DNA of 29,644 bases from an uncultured Eubacteriales bacterium (GTDB lineage Bacteria; Bacillota; Clostridia; Oscillospirales; Acutalibacteraceae). The stretch spans positions 1-29,644 of the forward strand of contig CAZUJI010000001.1 of assembly GCA_964620235.1 (NCBI GenBank). The letters run 5' to 3'. Below the pieces are notes generated by a model. That model made no database searches and had not been told where the DNA came from. It worked only from the letters and a program-made list of their open reading frames with translations. The translations under genes were made by a program, and so were the position numbers. The first letter of the stretch is position 1, and each line of letters starts with the position of its first letter. Below, one piece after another: positions 16,831 to 27,265 of the stretch.

Positions 16831-17421
16831 TTAATATTTACGAACTAAACTAACCACCTTACCCAAAACCGACAGATGCTCAGGGTGAATGGGCTGATAA
16901 TCGGGATTTTCAGGGTATAAAACGTAGCGGCCGTTTTCTTTTTCTATGCGCTTAACGGTGGCAGAATCCTCCTCGCACAGCGCCACAATAATATCGCCAA
17001 GGCGCCAAGGGGCCTCTTTGTCGGCCACCACAATGTCGCCGTCTAAAATGCCGACGTGCAGCATACTTAACCCCTCTACCCGCAAGGCAAACAAACCGTC
17101 AGAATGGCCGGCGGGCATAGGCACGTAGCCTTCAATATCCTCCACCGCCAAAATGGGGTTGCCGGCGGTAACTCTACCCAGCACCGGCACCTGCTTTACT
17201 GCCTCGGTGCCCTCAATACGAATGGCGCGGGAATTATGCCGGTCGCGGCTGATGTATCCCTTTTCTTCTAAGCTGCTTAAAATGGCGTGCACCGTTGAGG
17301 TGGATTTAATACCGGTGGCGCGGCAAATTTCGCGAACGGTGGGCGGCAGGGCATTTTCTATGGTTTTTACCAAAAATGCGTACACGGCGGCCTGTTTTTC
17401 AGACAAGGATTCTCTGTTCAA
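16831..17421 (-). CDS. lexA: SOS repressor LexA
   Basis: wHTH PPTVREI...STSTVH, SRAI; cleavage site VTAG; catalytic Ser (GLSM) and Lys (ATVKR); TTG start. Confidence 0.95.
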   Translation of the reverse strand: MNRESLSEKQAAVYAFLVKTIENALPPTVREICRATGIKSTSTVHAILSSLEEKGYISRDRHNSRAIRIEGTEAVKQVPVLGRVTAGNPILAVEDIEGYVPMPAGHSDGLFALRVEGLSMLHVGILDGDIVVADKEAPWRLGDIIVALCEEDSATVKRIEKENGRYVLYPENPDYQPIHPEHLSVLGKVVSLVRKY

Positions 17422-17443
17422 AGGTGGTCCCCCTTTTTTTACC

Positions 17444-17455
17444 GAACAAATTTTC
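17444..17455. promoter_or_regulatory. Putative Gram-positive SOS (Cheo) box
   Basis: (C)GAAC-AAAT-TTTC, one mismatch to GAAC-N4-GTTC, between the lexA -10 and its RBS. Confidence 0.6.
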
Positions 17456-17465
17456 TTTTTTTATT

Positions 17466-17494
17466 AGTATAGCATTTTTCTTATTGCTTTTCAA
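17466..17494 (-). promoter_or_regulatory. lexA promoter
   Basis: Minus strand TTGAAA, 17 bp, (TG-C)TATACT. Confidence 0.7.
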
Positions 17495-17534
17495 TACTAA
17501 ATTTTGCGGAATTTTTGTTGAATTTTTTACGGAT

Positions 17535-17579
17535 TTATCCACAGTTTTTCTTGTAATAAGTGTAAAAATATGTTATAAT
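17535..17579 (+). promoter_or_regulatory. dnaA promoter with upstream DnaA box
   Basis: TTATCCACA (17535-17543); TTGTAA (17551-17556), 17 bp, (TG-T)TATAAT (17574-17579). Confidence 0.75.
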
Positions 17580-17659
17580 AGAGTAGACTTTTGAAATCTG
17601 AAAATTTGCGTGATTTTTCGGGTTTTTTTGATAAAAAATATGGGACGTGAGGTATAATT

Positions 17660-18973
17660 ATGGGGTTTGAATCTTTAAATGAATTATGGGCTTCGATATG
17701 CGAAGAATTTAAAAAACAACCCAATTTTTCCAGCGTTGGCTACAACGTTTGGATCAAAGACATTAAGCCGTTGGCTATGCAGGCCGGCAGCTTGGTTTTG
17801 GGCGTAAAAAACGAATATATGAAAAATACCGTTGCCACCTACTACAAGGCGGTTTTAGAAGAATGCTGCCTTTCGGTATCGGGCTTAAATTTAAAAATTG
17901 AAATTATGGTTGCGCCTGCCGAGGCGGCGGCCGAAAGTAGGGTTGCTGCCCCTACCCCGGCCATTACCACCACCTACAGCTTTGATAATTTTGTGGTAGG
18001 CCCCTCTAACCGTTTTGCGCACGCTGCCAGTCTTTCGGTGGCTGAGAATCCTGACGGCAACTGGAACCCATTATACATTTGGGGTAACTCGGGGGTTGGT
18101 AAAACCCACCTGGTGTCGGCCATTAAAAATCATATCGTGCAAAAATATCCCGAAAAAAAGGTAGAATATTTGCGCGGTGAAGAATTTGCCAACCAGCTGA
18201 TTGAGGCCTTGCGCGCCGGCACCACTAAGATTTTTCACGACCGTTACCGCAGCTTAGACGTGCTGATTTTAGACGATATTCACTTTATTGCAGGTAAAGA
18301 ATCTACCCAGGAGGAATTTTTTAATACCTTTAACGTGCTTTATCAAGCCAATAAGCAAATTATCATTACCTCTGACCGTCCGCCTAAAGAAATTCACCCG
18401 CTGGATGAACGGATTCGCTCCCGCTTTGAAAGCGGCTTGATTACCGACATCAACCCGCCGGATTTTGAAACAAGAGTGGGTATTATCCGTAACAAGGCAC
18501 AGCAGCTGCAAATCAGCTTAAGCGAAGAATTTACTTTTTATATTGCCGAGCATATTAAAATGAACACCCGCCAAATTGAGGGTGTGGTTAAAAAGCTGCA
18601 CGCATATATTCAGCTGCAGGGGCATGAGCCCAGCCTTTCGGTGGTGCAGGCCTGCATTAAAGACGTGGTGAGCGACAATCAGGCCGAGCCTATTACCATT
18701 GACAGTATTATTGAAGAGGTAGCCCGCACCTACTCGGTATCTAAAGAAGATATATTATCTAAACGCAAAACCGCCGATATTGCTCTGGCTCGCCAAATCA
18801 GCATTTACGTTACTAAAGAAATTACCCAGCTGTCCTTTGTGGCTATTGGTAACTTCTTCTCAAAAGACCATACCACCATTATGTACACCATTAAAAAGAT
18901 TGAAGAACTTTTAAAGCGTGACCCGTCGCAGAAAAAATTGGTGGACGATATTATTAAAAATCTACAAAGATAA
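17660..18973 (+). CDS. dnaA: Chromosomal replication initiator DnaA
   Basis: YSFDNFVVGPSNRFA, Walker A GNSGVGKTHL, LDDIHF, TQEEFF, SRFESGL, KDHTTIMY. Confidence 0.98.
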   Translation: MGFESLNELWASICEEFKKQPNFSSVGYNVWIKDIKPLAMQAGSLVLGVKNEYMKNTVATYYKAVLEECCLSVSGLNLKIEIMVAPAEAAAESRVAAPTPAITTTYSFDNFVVGPSNRFAHAASLSVAENPDGNWNPLYIWGNSGVGKTHLVSAIKNHIVQKYPEKKVEYLRGEEFANQLIEALRAGTTKIFHDRYRSLDVLILDDIHFIAGKESTQEEFFNTFNVLYQANKQIIITSDRPPKEIHPLDERIRSRFESGLITDINPPDFETRVGIIRNKAQQLQISLSEEFTFYIAEHIKMNTRQIEGVVKKLHAYIQLQGHEPSLSVVQACIKDVVSDNQAEPITIDSIIEEVARTYSVSKEDILSKRKTADIALARQISIYVTKEITQLSFVAIGNFFSKDHTTIMYTIKKIEELLKRDPSQKKLVDDIIKNLQR

Positions 18974-19237
18974 TAAAAAATTACCCCCGGTTGCTTGTGT
19001 TTACATAATTCTCAGTTGTGCAGGTTATGCGTGTGAATAAAGTATAACCTTATACACACCCTTGTGTACTACTAAAAAGTGACATAGGTTGTCCACATTT
19101 GGTAAACATTTAAAAAAGAATAATTTTTTAGGTTATGTGTTGTAAAATCAAGGATTTTTGGGTTTTGCAGATTATACACACCCCCTACTATTACTACTAA
19201 TTATTTAAAGATACATACACGCAAGGAGGATTTAAAA
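18974..19237. other. oriC (dnaA-dnaN intergenic region)
   Basis: DnaA boxes TGTGAATAA (19032-40), TTATACACA (19050-58), TTGTCCACA (19089-97), TTATACACA (19172-80), then CCCCC and DnaA-trios TAC TAT TAC TAC (19186-97) in an AT-rich tract. Confidence 0.9.
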
Positions 19238-20338
19238 ATGAAAATTCTGGTTCAGCGTCAATTATTATGTGAGGCGGTTGGCCATATCTCCCGCGCTGCG
19301 GCAGCAAAGTCGGCTATACCTGTTTTAGAGGGTATATATATGTCGGCCGAAAACGGTTGTTTATATTTAACCGCTTATAATTTAGAGATGGGTATTTCTA
19401 AAACCGTGCCGGTGCAGGTGGCCGAAGAGGGTAAAATCGTTCTTAGCGCCAAGCTACTGTCTGAAATTTTGCACCGTGTAGACGGGGATAGGATTGAGCT
19501 GTCGGTAGACGACCGCTATATGTGCAAAATCAAAAGCAAAAACTCGGTGTTTGATATTATGGGTATGGCCGCTAACGACTACCCGGAGATTCCCACCATC
19601 AACGAGGCTGACAGCGTGGAGCTGCCCAGCAATTTAATTAAAGATATGGTGCGGCAGATTATTTTTGCCGCCGCTAAAGAAGAAACCTCTAAGCCTATTT
19701 TTACCGGCATTTTATTTGAGGTAGAGCCCGGCTTTTTAAGCCTGGTCGCGGTTGACGGATTCCGTTTAGCGGTGCGTAAAGAGGCTTTAAATACCCAATT
19801 AAACGCCCGCTTTATCGTGCCTGCCAAGGCGGTGGCTGAGGCGGTGCGCATTATCAGCGACCAGGATGAAAACATTAAAATCTCGGTTGGCAGCCGCCAT
19901 ATCAGCATAGAAATCGGGGGCTACGAGATTATTTCCCGGTTGTTAGAGGGTGAATTTGTTAATTATAAAAATTCTATTCCTGCTACATTTTCGGCCAACA
20001 CAAAAATAAAAACCCGCGAGGTTACCGGCATTATCGACCGTATTTCGTTATTGATTAACGAAAATATCAAAAACCCCATTCGTTGCGTTATAGGGGCAGA
20101 TAAAATCACCTTCTCCTGCGCCACGGCTTTAGGCCGCGCCACCGACGAATGTGAAATTGCGCTAAACGGCGACGGCTTTGAAATTGGCTTTAACAGCCGC
20201 TATTTGGTAGAGGCGCTAAAGGCCTGCGAGTCCGACGAGGTGGTTATGAACTTTAACGGCCCCTACTCGCCTATGATTATTACACCCGAGCAGGGCGATG
20301 CATTTTTATATATGATTATGCCCATGCGTTTGAGGTAA
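19238..20338 (+). CDS. dnaN: DNA polymerase III beta sliding clamp
   Basis: [43 protein letters not shown]. Confidence 0.97.
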   Translation: MKILVQRQLLCEAVGHISRAAAAKSAIPVLEGIYMSAENGCLYLTAYNLEMGISKTVPVQVAEEGKIVLSAKLLSEILHRVDGDRIELSVDDRYMCKIKSKNSVFDIMGMAANDYPEIPTINEADSVELPSNLIKDMVRQIIFAAAKEETSKPIFTGILFEVEPGFLSLVAVDGFRLAVRKEALNTQLNARFIVPAKAVAEAVRIISDQDENIKISVGSRHISIEIGGYEIISRLLEGEFVNYKNSIPATFSANTKIKTREVTGIIDRISLLINENIKNPIRCVIGADKITFSCATALGRATDECEIALNGDGFEIGFNSRYLVEALKACESDEVVMNFNGPYSPMIITPEQGDAFLYMIMPMRLR

Positions 20339-20345
20339 TTTGGTT

Positions 20346-20555
20346 ATGACGGTTGTAAAAATTCAAGAAGAGTTTATTCGTTTAGATGCTTTGCTGAAAA
20401 TGCAGGGCGCTGTTGCCACCGGCGGCCACGCCAAGGTGGTTATTCAGGGTGGTGAGGTTGCCGTAAACGGTGAAATTTGCACCATGCGGGGCAAAAAGCT
20501 CCGCGAGGGAGACACCGTAATTTACGACGGTCAAACCTACAAAATAATAGTATGA
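20346..20555 (+). CDS. yaaA: S4-domain RNA-binding protein YaaA-like
   Basis: [10 protein letters not shown]...[30 protein letters not shown]; conserved position between dnaN and recF. Confidence 0.88.
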   Translation: MTVVKIQEEFIRLDALLKMQGAVATGGHAKVVIQGGEVAVNGEICTMRGKKLREGDTVIYDGQTYKIIV

Positions 20556-21622
20556 AGGTAGAACGTCTTACTTTAGAGAATTTTAGAAACATTTCGGCCG
20601 CCAAAATTGAGGCAGACCCGGGCATAAACGTATTTTACGGCCAAAATGCTCAGGGTAAAACCAATTTATTAGAGGCAATATGGTTGTTTACCGGCGCCAA
20701 AAGCTTTCGCGGCGCAAAAGACAGCGAATTTTTAAAATTCGGCGCCCCTTTTTGCCGCAACACCTTAGATTTTTACGCCGGGGAGCGGCAGCAAACCGCC
20801 GAAATGCTTATAGAAAAAAAGCGCAAGGTAAAGCTAAACGGCGTAGAGCAAGCCTCGGCCAGCGATTTGGCCGGCCGTTTTACCGCTATCGTGTTCTCGC
20901 CTAAGGATTTATCGGTGATTTCCGACGGGCCGAAGGAGCGACGCCGCTTGTTAGATATGGCCATTTGTCAGCTATACCCCGAATATATTGGTATATCGCG
21001 GGAGTATTTGCGGGCGGTGGCACAGCGGAATTTTTTGCTTAAAAGTATAAAGTATAACGACGCGGCCTACGAGCTGCTGGAGGATTTAGAGGAGATTATT
21101 GCTCAAAAGGGCGCAAAAATCATTACCTATCGCCAGCAGTATATAAAAGAAATTTGCAAATATCTGCCTGAGATTTATTGTGGTATTTCGGCCCACCGCG
21201 AGGAAATGGTGTGCGGGTACGAAACCGCCGCCTCGGAGGACGTGGAGGAGTTTAAACAGGTTTTGCGGCAGGCCCGCAAGGAGGATTTAAAAACCTACAC
21301 CACCTCGGTAGGCCCCCACAGAGATGATTTGGCCGTGCAAATTGACGGCCTGGCTGCCCGCACCTACGGCTCCCAGGGGCAACGGCGCAGCGCGGCATTG
21401 GCCCTAAAGCTGGCCGAGGCCGAGGTAATCAACAGCATCACCGGTGAGCGCCCCGTAGCCTTGTTAGACGACGTTATGAGCGAGCTGGACGAAAAACGGC
21501 AGAATTACATTTTAAACCATATTAAAGACTGGCAGGTTTTCATTACCTGCTGTGAGCTGCACAGTGTTGACCGTTTGCAAAAGGGTAAAGCCTTTTACGT
21601 GCAAAACGGGCAAATACAATAA
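20552..21622 (+). CDS. recF: DNA replication/repair protein RecF
   Basis: [46 protein letters not shown] 20552 overlaps the yaaA stop. Confidence 0.96.
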   Translation: MKVERLTLENFRNISAAKIEADPGINVFYGQNAQGKTNLLEAIWLFTGAKSFRGAKDSEFLKFGAPFCRNTLDFYAGERQQTAEMLIEKKRKVKLNGVEQASASDLAGRFTAIVFSPKDLSVISDGPKERRRLLDMAICQLYPEYIGISREYLRAVAQRNFLLKSIKYNDAAYELLEDLEEIIAQKGAKIITYRQQYIKEICKYLPEIYCGISAHREEMVCGYETAASEDVEEFKQVLRQARKEDLKTYTTSVGPHRDDLAVQIDGLAARTYGSQGQRRSAALALKLAEAEVINSITGERPVALLDDVMSELDEKRQNYILNHIKDWQVFITCCELHSVDRLQKGKAFYVQNGQIQ

Positions 21623-21640
21623 TTTTTGCAGAGGTAGCCT

Positions 21641-21901
21641 ATGTATATTCATTTAGGGCAAGAAACGGTGGTAAAAACCGAGGACGTAGTGGGTATTTTT
21701 GATATGGACAACACCACCACCTCGCGTTTTACCCGGGAATATTTAAAGCAGGCCGAAAAAAAGGGTTTGGTGGTAAACGTAACCACCGAGCTGCCAAAAT
21801 CCTTTATTATATGCAATCACGGGGGGCAAACCCGCATTTATATATCGCAAATTTCGCCCCTTACCTTGGCAAGAAGAAGTAAATTTATAGACAAATTATA
21901 A
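21641..21901 (+). CDS. remB: RemB/DUF370-family protein
   Basis: MYIHLG..VV...DVVGIFD, PKSFII, YISQISP.TL..R; conserved position between recF and gyrB. Confidence 0.85.
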   Translation: MYIHLGQETVVKTEDVVGIFDMDNTTTSRFTREYLKQAEKKGLVVNVTTELPKSFIICNHGGQTRIYISQISPLTLARRSKFIDKL

Positions 21902-21933
21902 TTACAGTATGGTAAAAAAAAGAGGAGAGTAAA

Positions 21934-23877
21934 ATGAACAGTACCGACATCAACAAACCGGTAACCGAAAGTTACGACGAAAATTCCATACAGGTGCTTG
22001 AGGGCTTAGAGGCCGTAAGAAAGCGCCCCGGTATGTATATTGGCTCTACCGGTGAGCGTGGTTTGCACCATTTGGTGTACGAAATTGTAGATAACTCGAT
22101 TGACGAAGCCTTAGCCGGCTACTGCGATAAGATTACCGTTGAATTATTAGACGACGGCATTGTTCGCGTAACCGACAACGGCCGTGGTATTCCGGTGGGT
22201 ATTAACCCCCAAAAGGGGATTCCTACCGTTACGGTGGTATTTACCATTTTGCACGCCGGCGGTAAGTTCGGCGGCAGCGGCTACAAGGTATCGGGCGGCC
22301 TGCACGGCGTAGGCGCCTCGGTTGTTAATGCTTTGTCCTCTTGGTTAGAGGTTGAGGTTATGGACGGCACAAAGGTATACCGTCAGCGGTATGAAAAAGG
22401 CGTTACTATGACCGATTTAGAGGTTATCGGTACCACCGACCGCACCGGTACCACCGTTACCTTTAAGCCCGACCCCACCATTTTTACCGACACCACCATT
22501 TACGATTACGAAATTCTGAAAAAGCGCTTGCGCGAGCAGGCCTTTTTAAACGCGGGCATTCGCATTGTGCTGGAGGATTGCCGTACCGACGTGTTTGAGC
22601 CCCAAACCGACGAGTTCCATTACGAGGGCGGTATTCGCTCCTACGTAGAATTTTTATTAGAGGGCCAAAAGGGCGAAAGCTTAAATAAAGAGGTTATTTA
22701 TTTAAATACCGAGGCGGGCGACCAAACCGCCGAGATTGCTATGCTATGGTCCACCAAGGACACAAAAATTATGTCCTTTGCCAACACCCTTTACACCGTA
22801 GACGGCGGTACCCACGAGCAGGGCTTTAAGCAGGCCTTGGCCAACACCGTAAACAAGTACGCCTTTGATTTTAAGCATTTAAAAGAGGGCAACAAGCGCC
22901 TAAAGGGCGACGACATCTGCGAGGGCTTGGTGGCCGTTGTATCGGTAAAATTAAGCGACGCGCAGTTTGAATCGCAAACCAAGGCCAAATTAGGTAACAC
23001 CTCTATTGGTAAGCTGGTTCGCGAGCTGGTAAACGATAAATTATACCGCTTTTTAGAAGAGAATCCGGCGGAGAGTAAAAAGATTATTGATAAAATTATA
23101 GCCTACTCTAACGCCCGTGAGGCGGCCCAGGCTGCGCTGGAGGCCTCGCTGAAAAAGGCAGGCATTGGGGGCGGCAAGGCCCGTATGCCCGAAAAGCTGA
23201 CCGACTGTATCTCCAACGACCCCACCAAAACCGAAATTTACATTGTTGAGGGTGATTCCGCCGGCGGCTCGGCTGTAGACGGCCGAAACAGCACCTACCA
23301 AGCCATTTTGCCCTTGTGGGGTAAAATGCTCAACGTAGAAAAGGCCCGTGACGACAAGGTATACGGCAACGACAAGCTAACCCCCGTAATTATTGCCCTG
23401 GGCACCGGCATTGGTGAGAATTTTAATATTGAAAAGCTCCGTTACGACAAAATTGTAATTATGGCCGATGCCGACGTTGACGGTAGCCACATTCACACGC
23501 TGCTGCTTACCTTCTTCTTCAGATATATGCCGCAGCTGATAGAAACGGGGCATATTTACTTAGCGCAACCGCCCTTATACCGCATCTCTAAGGGTAAACA
23601 GCATTTTGACGCCTTTACCGATGAAGAAAAGGCAATGTATATTGAACGCTTGGGCGGCACCGCCGACGTGCAACGCTATAAAGGTCTTGGTGAAATGGAC
23701 CCCGAGCAATTGTGGGAGACCACCCTTGACCCCGAGCGCCGCACCATGCTGCGGGTAACTATGGCCGATGCCGAGCTGGCCGACGCCACCTTTACTATGC
23801 TGATGGGTGACGAGGTTGAGCCCCGCCGCCAGTTTATTGAAGAAAACGCCCAATTTGCCACCGATTTGGATATTTAA
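21934..23877 (+). CDS. gyrB: DNA gyrase subunit B
   Basis: EAVRKRPGMYIG, EIVDNSIDE, HAGGKF, VEGDSAGG, MADADVDGSHI, QRYKGLGEM. Confidence 0.96.
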   Translation: MNSTDINKPVTESYDENSIQVLEGLEAVRKRPGMYIGSTGERGLHHLVYEIVDNSIDEALAGYCDKITVELLDDGIVRVTDNGRGIPVGINPQKGIPTVTVVFTILHAGGKFGGSGYKVSGGLHGVGASVVNALSSWLEVEVMDGTKVYRQRYEKGVTMTDLEVIGTTDRTGTTVTFKPDPTIFTDTTIYDYEILKKRLREQAFLNAGIRIVLEDCRTDVFEPQTDEFHYEGGIRSYVEFLLEGQKGESLNKEVIYLNTEAGDQTAEIAMLWSTKDTKIMSFANTLYTVDGGTHEQGFKQALANTVNKYAFDFKHLKEGNKRLKGDDICEGLVAVVSVKLSDAQFESQTKAKLGNTSIGKLVRELVNDKLYRFLEENPAESKKIIDKIIAYSNAREAAQAALEASLKKAGIGGGKARMPEKLTDCISNDPTKTEIYIVEGDSAGGSAVDGRNSTYQAILPLWGKMLNVEKARDDKVYGNDKLTPVIIALGTGIGENFNIEKLRYDKIVIMADADVDGSHIHTLLLTFFFRYMPQLIETGHIYLAQPPLYRISKGKQHFDAFTDEEKAMYIERLGGTADVQRYKGLGEMDPEQLWETTLDPERRTMLRVTMADAELADATFTMLMGDEVEPRRQFIEENAQFATDLDI

Positions 23878-23896
23878 GAAAGGGGGAGTAGACAAA

Positions 23897-26482
23897 ATGG
23901 CAAAGAACAACAGAAAGCCGGAGGAGCGGCCCTGGCCCGAATCCAGCGAAACCAATATTGTGCCGGTAGAAATTACCGACGAGGTTAAAACCAGTATGCT
24001 GCAATACGCAATGAGCGTATTGGTTGGCCGTGCGCTTCCCGACGTGCGAGACGGCTTAAAGCCGGTACACCGCCGTATTTTGTATACAATGTATGAGAAC
24101 GGTCTGACCCCCGACAAGGCCTACCGCAAGTGCGCAGACACGGTGGGTAGCGTTTTGGGTCGGTATCATCCCCACGGCGATAGCTCGGTTTACGACGCTA
24201 TGGTGCGTATGGCGCAAGATTTCTCTTTGCGCTACCCGCTGATTGACGGTCACGGTAACTTCGGTAATATTGACGGTTACCCTGCTGCTGCCTACCGTTA
24301 CACCGAGTCGAGAATGAACCGTTTGTCGCTGTCGATGTTAGACGATATTGACAAAGAAACGGTAGATTACGTACCCAACTACGACGACCGCTTAAAAGAG
24401 CCTGAGGTTCTGCCGGTACGGTTCCCGCAGCTGCTGGTGAACGGCTCGTCGGGTATTGCGGTGGGTATGGCCACCGAGATTCCGCCCCATAACCTGGCCG
24501 AGGTTATTGACGGTATGTGTTGTTTAATTGACAACCCCGAGGCCGATTTGCAAGAGATCTGCCAATACATCAAGGGCCCCGACTTCCCCACGGGGGGCAT
24601 TATTATGGGTCGCTCGGGGATTCGGGCTGCCTATGCCACCGGCCGCGGCAAAATCATTGTGCGCGGTAAGGCCGAAATAGAAGAAAAACGGGACGGCAAG
24701 TTCCGCATTGTGATTACCGAGATTCCTTATAAGGTACGCAAAAAGGATCTGGTAAAGCACATTTACGATTTGGCCGCCGAAAAGAAGATTGAAGGCATTG
24801 AAGACGTAGCCGACTACTCCTCTGCCCGCGACGGCGGTATTCGCATTGCGGTAGACTTAAAGCGGGACGCTACGCCCCAGGTGGTGTTAAACAAGCTGTA
24901 CTCGTACACCGCCCTGCAAAGCACCTTTGGCGCCATTTTGCTGGCTATTGTCAACGGCAAGCCTCAAATTATGACTCTCAAGGAGATGCTGCAAAACTGC
25001 ATCGACTTCCAATGTGATATTATTCGCCGCCGTACCGCCTACGATATGCGCAAGGCCCAGGAGCGCGCCCATATTTTAGAGGGCTTAAAGATTGCTTTGG
25101 ACTTTATCGACGAGGTTATTGCCATTATCCGCGGCAGCAAAACTATTCCCGAATCGAAGGAAAAGTTAAGCGAGCGCTTTGGCTTGGACGATATTCAAAC
25201 CACCGCCATTGTGCAAATGCAGTTAGGTAAGCTGGCCGGCTTAGAAAAGCAGAAAATTGAAGAAGAACTGGCCGAAAAGCTGGCATTTATTAAAGAGTGT
25301 CAGGAAATTTTGGCCTCGCAAGCCCGCATTTTGGACATTGTTAAGACCGAATCCTTAAACCTGCGGGATAAATACGCCGACGAGCGCCGCACCGAGATTT
25401 CGGACGTGGCCGGCGAGGTGGATATTGAAGATTTGATTCCCAACGAGGAGTGTATTTTAACCAAAACGGTAGAGGGTTATATCAAACGCTTGCCGTCGGA
25501 TACCTACTCCACCCAACACCGCGGCGGCAAGGGCATTACCGGTATGGCCACCCGCGAGGGCGACATTGTGGAGAATATGTTTACCTGCTCTTCCCACGAT
25601 TTTGTGCTGATGTTCAGTAACTTAGGCCGCTTGTACCGCATTAAGGCCTATGAGATTCCCGAGGGCAGCCGTACCGCCAAGGGTATGAACTTAGTAAATA
25701 TTCTGCCCTTAATGGCGGGCGAAAAGATTATTCAAATCTTACCGCTGGATAACAAAATAGATTTAGAAAACGTCTTTTATATTTGTATGGTTACCAAAAA
25801 CGGCACCATTAAGCGTACCTCGATAGAAGCCTTTAAAAACGTGCGCAAAACCGGTATTATTGCCATCAATATTGAAGAGGGCGACGAGCTGGCCTACGTT
25901 TGCCGCACCAAGGGCGAGGACGACCTGCTGGTAGCCACCAAAAAGGGCTTTGCCATTCGGTTTAACGAGGCACAGGCCCGCGAGATGGGTCGTACGGCCC
26001 GCGGTGTGCGCGCCATTCGTCTGCGCGAGGGCGACGAGGTTGTGGGTATGCTGGTTTGCAACCCCGAAAAAGAGATTTTAACCGTAACCGAAACGGGTTA
26101 TGGCCGTATTTCCCCGGCCGACGATTACCGTTGCCAAAGCCGTGGCGGTAAGGGTATTACCAACTACCGCACTGCAAAATACGGTGACGTTGCCGCCGTT
26201 ATGGCTGTGGACGACAGCGAGGATATTATTATGATTACCTCGGCGGGTATTATCATCCGCGTGCCGGTGGAGGAAATCAGCCGCTTTAGCCGCCCTGCCA
26301 AGGGTGTGCGCGTAATGCGTATTAAGGCCGAGCAAGGGGAGAAATTACTCTCGATTGCCACCGCCACCCACGACAACGACGAGGTAACCGACCATCCCGA
26401 GGCTGCTGAGGCTGACGCCGCCGACGTAGGCGATTTGTCCGAGGATACCGCCGACGAGACCGACGGTGAAGCACAAGAATAA
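23897..26482 (+). CDS. gyrA: DNA gyrase subunit A
   Basis: RALPDVRDGLKPVHRR, YHPHGD, catalytic RYTE, GyrA-box QHRGGKG, acidic tail. ATG 23897 follows SD GGGGAG. Confidence 0.97.
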   Translation: MAKNNRKPEERPWPESSETNIVPVEITDEVKTSMLQYAMSVLVGRALPDVRDGLKPVHRRILYTMYENGLTPDKAYRKCADTVGSVLGRYHPHGDSSVYDAMVRMAQDFSLRYPLIDGHGNFGNIDGYPAAAYRYTESRMNRLSLSMLDDIDKETVDYVPNYDDRLKEPEVLPVRFPQLLVNGSSGIAVGMATEIPPHNLAEVIDGMCCLIDNPEADLQEICQYIKGPDFPTGGIIMGRSGIRAAYATGRGKIIVRGKAEIEEKRDGKFRIVITEIPYKVRKKDLVKHIYDLAAEKKIEGIEDVADYSSARDGGIRIAVDLKRDATPQVVLNKLYSYTALQSTFGAILLAIVNGKPQIMTLKEMLQNCIDFQCDIIRRRTAYDMRKAQERAHILEGLKIALDFIDEVIAIIRGSKTIPESKEKLSERFGLDDIQTTAIVQMQLGKLAGLEKQKIEEELAEKLAFIKECQEILASQARILDIVKTESLNLRDKYADERRTEISDVAGEVDIEDLIPNEECILTKTVEGYIKRLPSDTYSTQHRGGKGITGMATREGDIVENMFTCSSHDFVLMFSNLGRLYRIKAYEIPEGSRTAKGMNLVNILPLMAGEKIIQILPLDNKIDLENVFYICMVTKNGTIKRTSIEAFKNVRKTGIIAINIEEGDELAYVCRTKGEDDLLVATKKGFAIRFNEAQAREMGRTARGVRAIRLREGDEVVGMLVCNPEKEILTVTETGYGRISPADDYRCQSRGGKGITNYRTAKYGDVAAVMAVDDSEDIIMITSAGIIIRVPVEEISRFSRPAKGVRVMRIKAEQGEKLLSIATATHDNDEVTDHPEAAEADAADVGDLSEDTADETDGEAQE

Positions 26483-26488
26483 TTAAAA

Positions 26489-26521
26489 AAAGGAGATTCT
26501 CGTAAAACGGGAATCTCCTTT
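26489..26521 (+). terminator. Hairpin after gyrA
   Basis: AAAGGAGATTCTCGT-AAA-ACGGGAATCTCCTTT. Confidence 0.7.
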
Positions 26522-26538
26522 ACAAATGGAGGTAGTAT

Positions 26539-27258
26539 ATGAAACAAGAGGTTTTTACCCACCGCCGCAAAATCGAGCCCCAAATGGTGGAGGATAACGG
26601 CGTTTTGGCTCTGCGCAGTGTATTGTTGCTTAATCAACAAGCCGGAGAGGCCCATATAGAGCATATGGGGCACTCGACCGGCGATTTAATTGAAAATTAC
26701 AATTTAACCTTTATTTTTGCCCGTATAACGGCGCAAATTTTTGCCCTGCCCCGCTTGGGGGACGAGGTTACGGTGACCACCTGGTGCAGTCCCACCGAGG
26801 GGCTGTATTACCCCCGCCATTACGTTATTAAAAGTACGGACGGCCAGGTGCTTACCGAGACCTTTGCCTACGCCGCCGCGTTGGATACAGAAAAACGCAA
26901 GCTGCTGCGGCCGGATTCCGCCGGCCCGGTGGAGGACTTTTTGTATTTTGACGACCCGGGCAGCTGCCCCAAGCCGCCCCGTCTGCGAGCCGAAAAAGAC
27001 CTGCCCTTTATTATGGATTTTGCGGTAGAGCCTTGCCATTTAGACTACAACGGCCATATGAACAACACCCACTACGCCACCGTGGTGGCCCGTGCGGCCC
27101 AAAAATTCGGCATTACCCCAAAACAGGTTACGCTGCAGTTTCATAGCGAGGCCTTGCAGGGGGACGTTTTGCGGGTTGAGGGTAAAATCACCGAAAAAGG
27201 CCTGCAGCTGCGAGGCACCCACCCCCGCGGGGTAAGCTTTGAAGCGTTGGTGGAATAG
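26539..27258 (+). CDS. Acyl-ACP thioesterase (double hotdog fold)
   Basis: LPRLGDEVTVTTW, catalytic-region HLDYNGHMNNTHY; SD GGAGG. Confidence 0.85.
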   Translation: MKQEVFTHRRKIEPQMVEDNGVLALRSVLLLNQQAGEAHIEHMGHSTGDLIENYNLTFIFARITAQIFALPRLGDEVTVTTWCSPTEGLYYPRHYVIKSTDGQVLTETFAYAAALDTEKRKLLRPDSAGPVEDFLYFDDPGSCPKPPRLRAEKDLPFIMDFAVEPCHLDYNGHMNNTHYATVVARAAQKFGITPKQVTLQFHSEALQGDVLRVEGKITEKGLQLRGTHPRGVSFEALVE

Positions 27259-27265
27259 GTGAAAA

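Noticed and set aside
18974..19237. Dam/SeqA-type origin control by the nearby methylase
   Set aside because: No GATC in oriC or in the dnaA promoter region.
23575..24117. 180-aa minus-strand ORF and the other short antisense or overlapping ORFs in the track (e.g. 4913-5368, 13001-13339, 26164-26673)
   Set aside because: Shadows of well-supported genes, with no recognisable motifs.
21934..26482. Topoisomerase IV parE/parC
   Set aside because: GyrA-box QHRGGKG, acidic tail and position after recF indicate gyrase.
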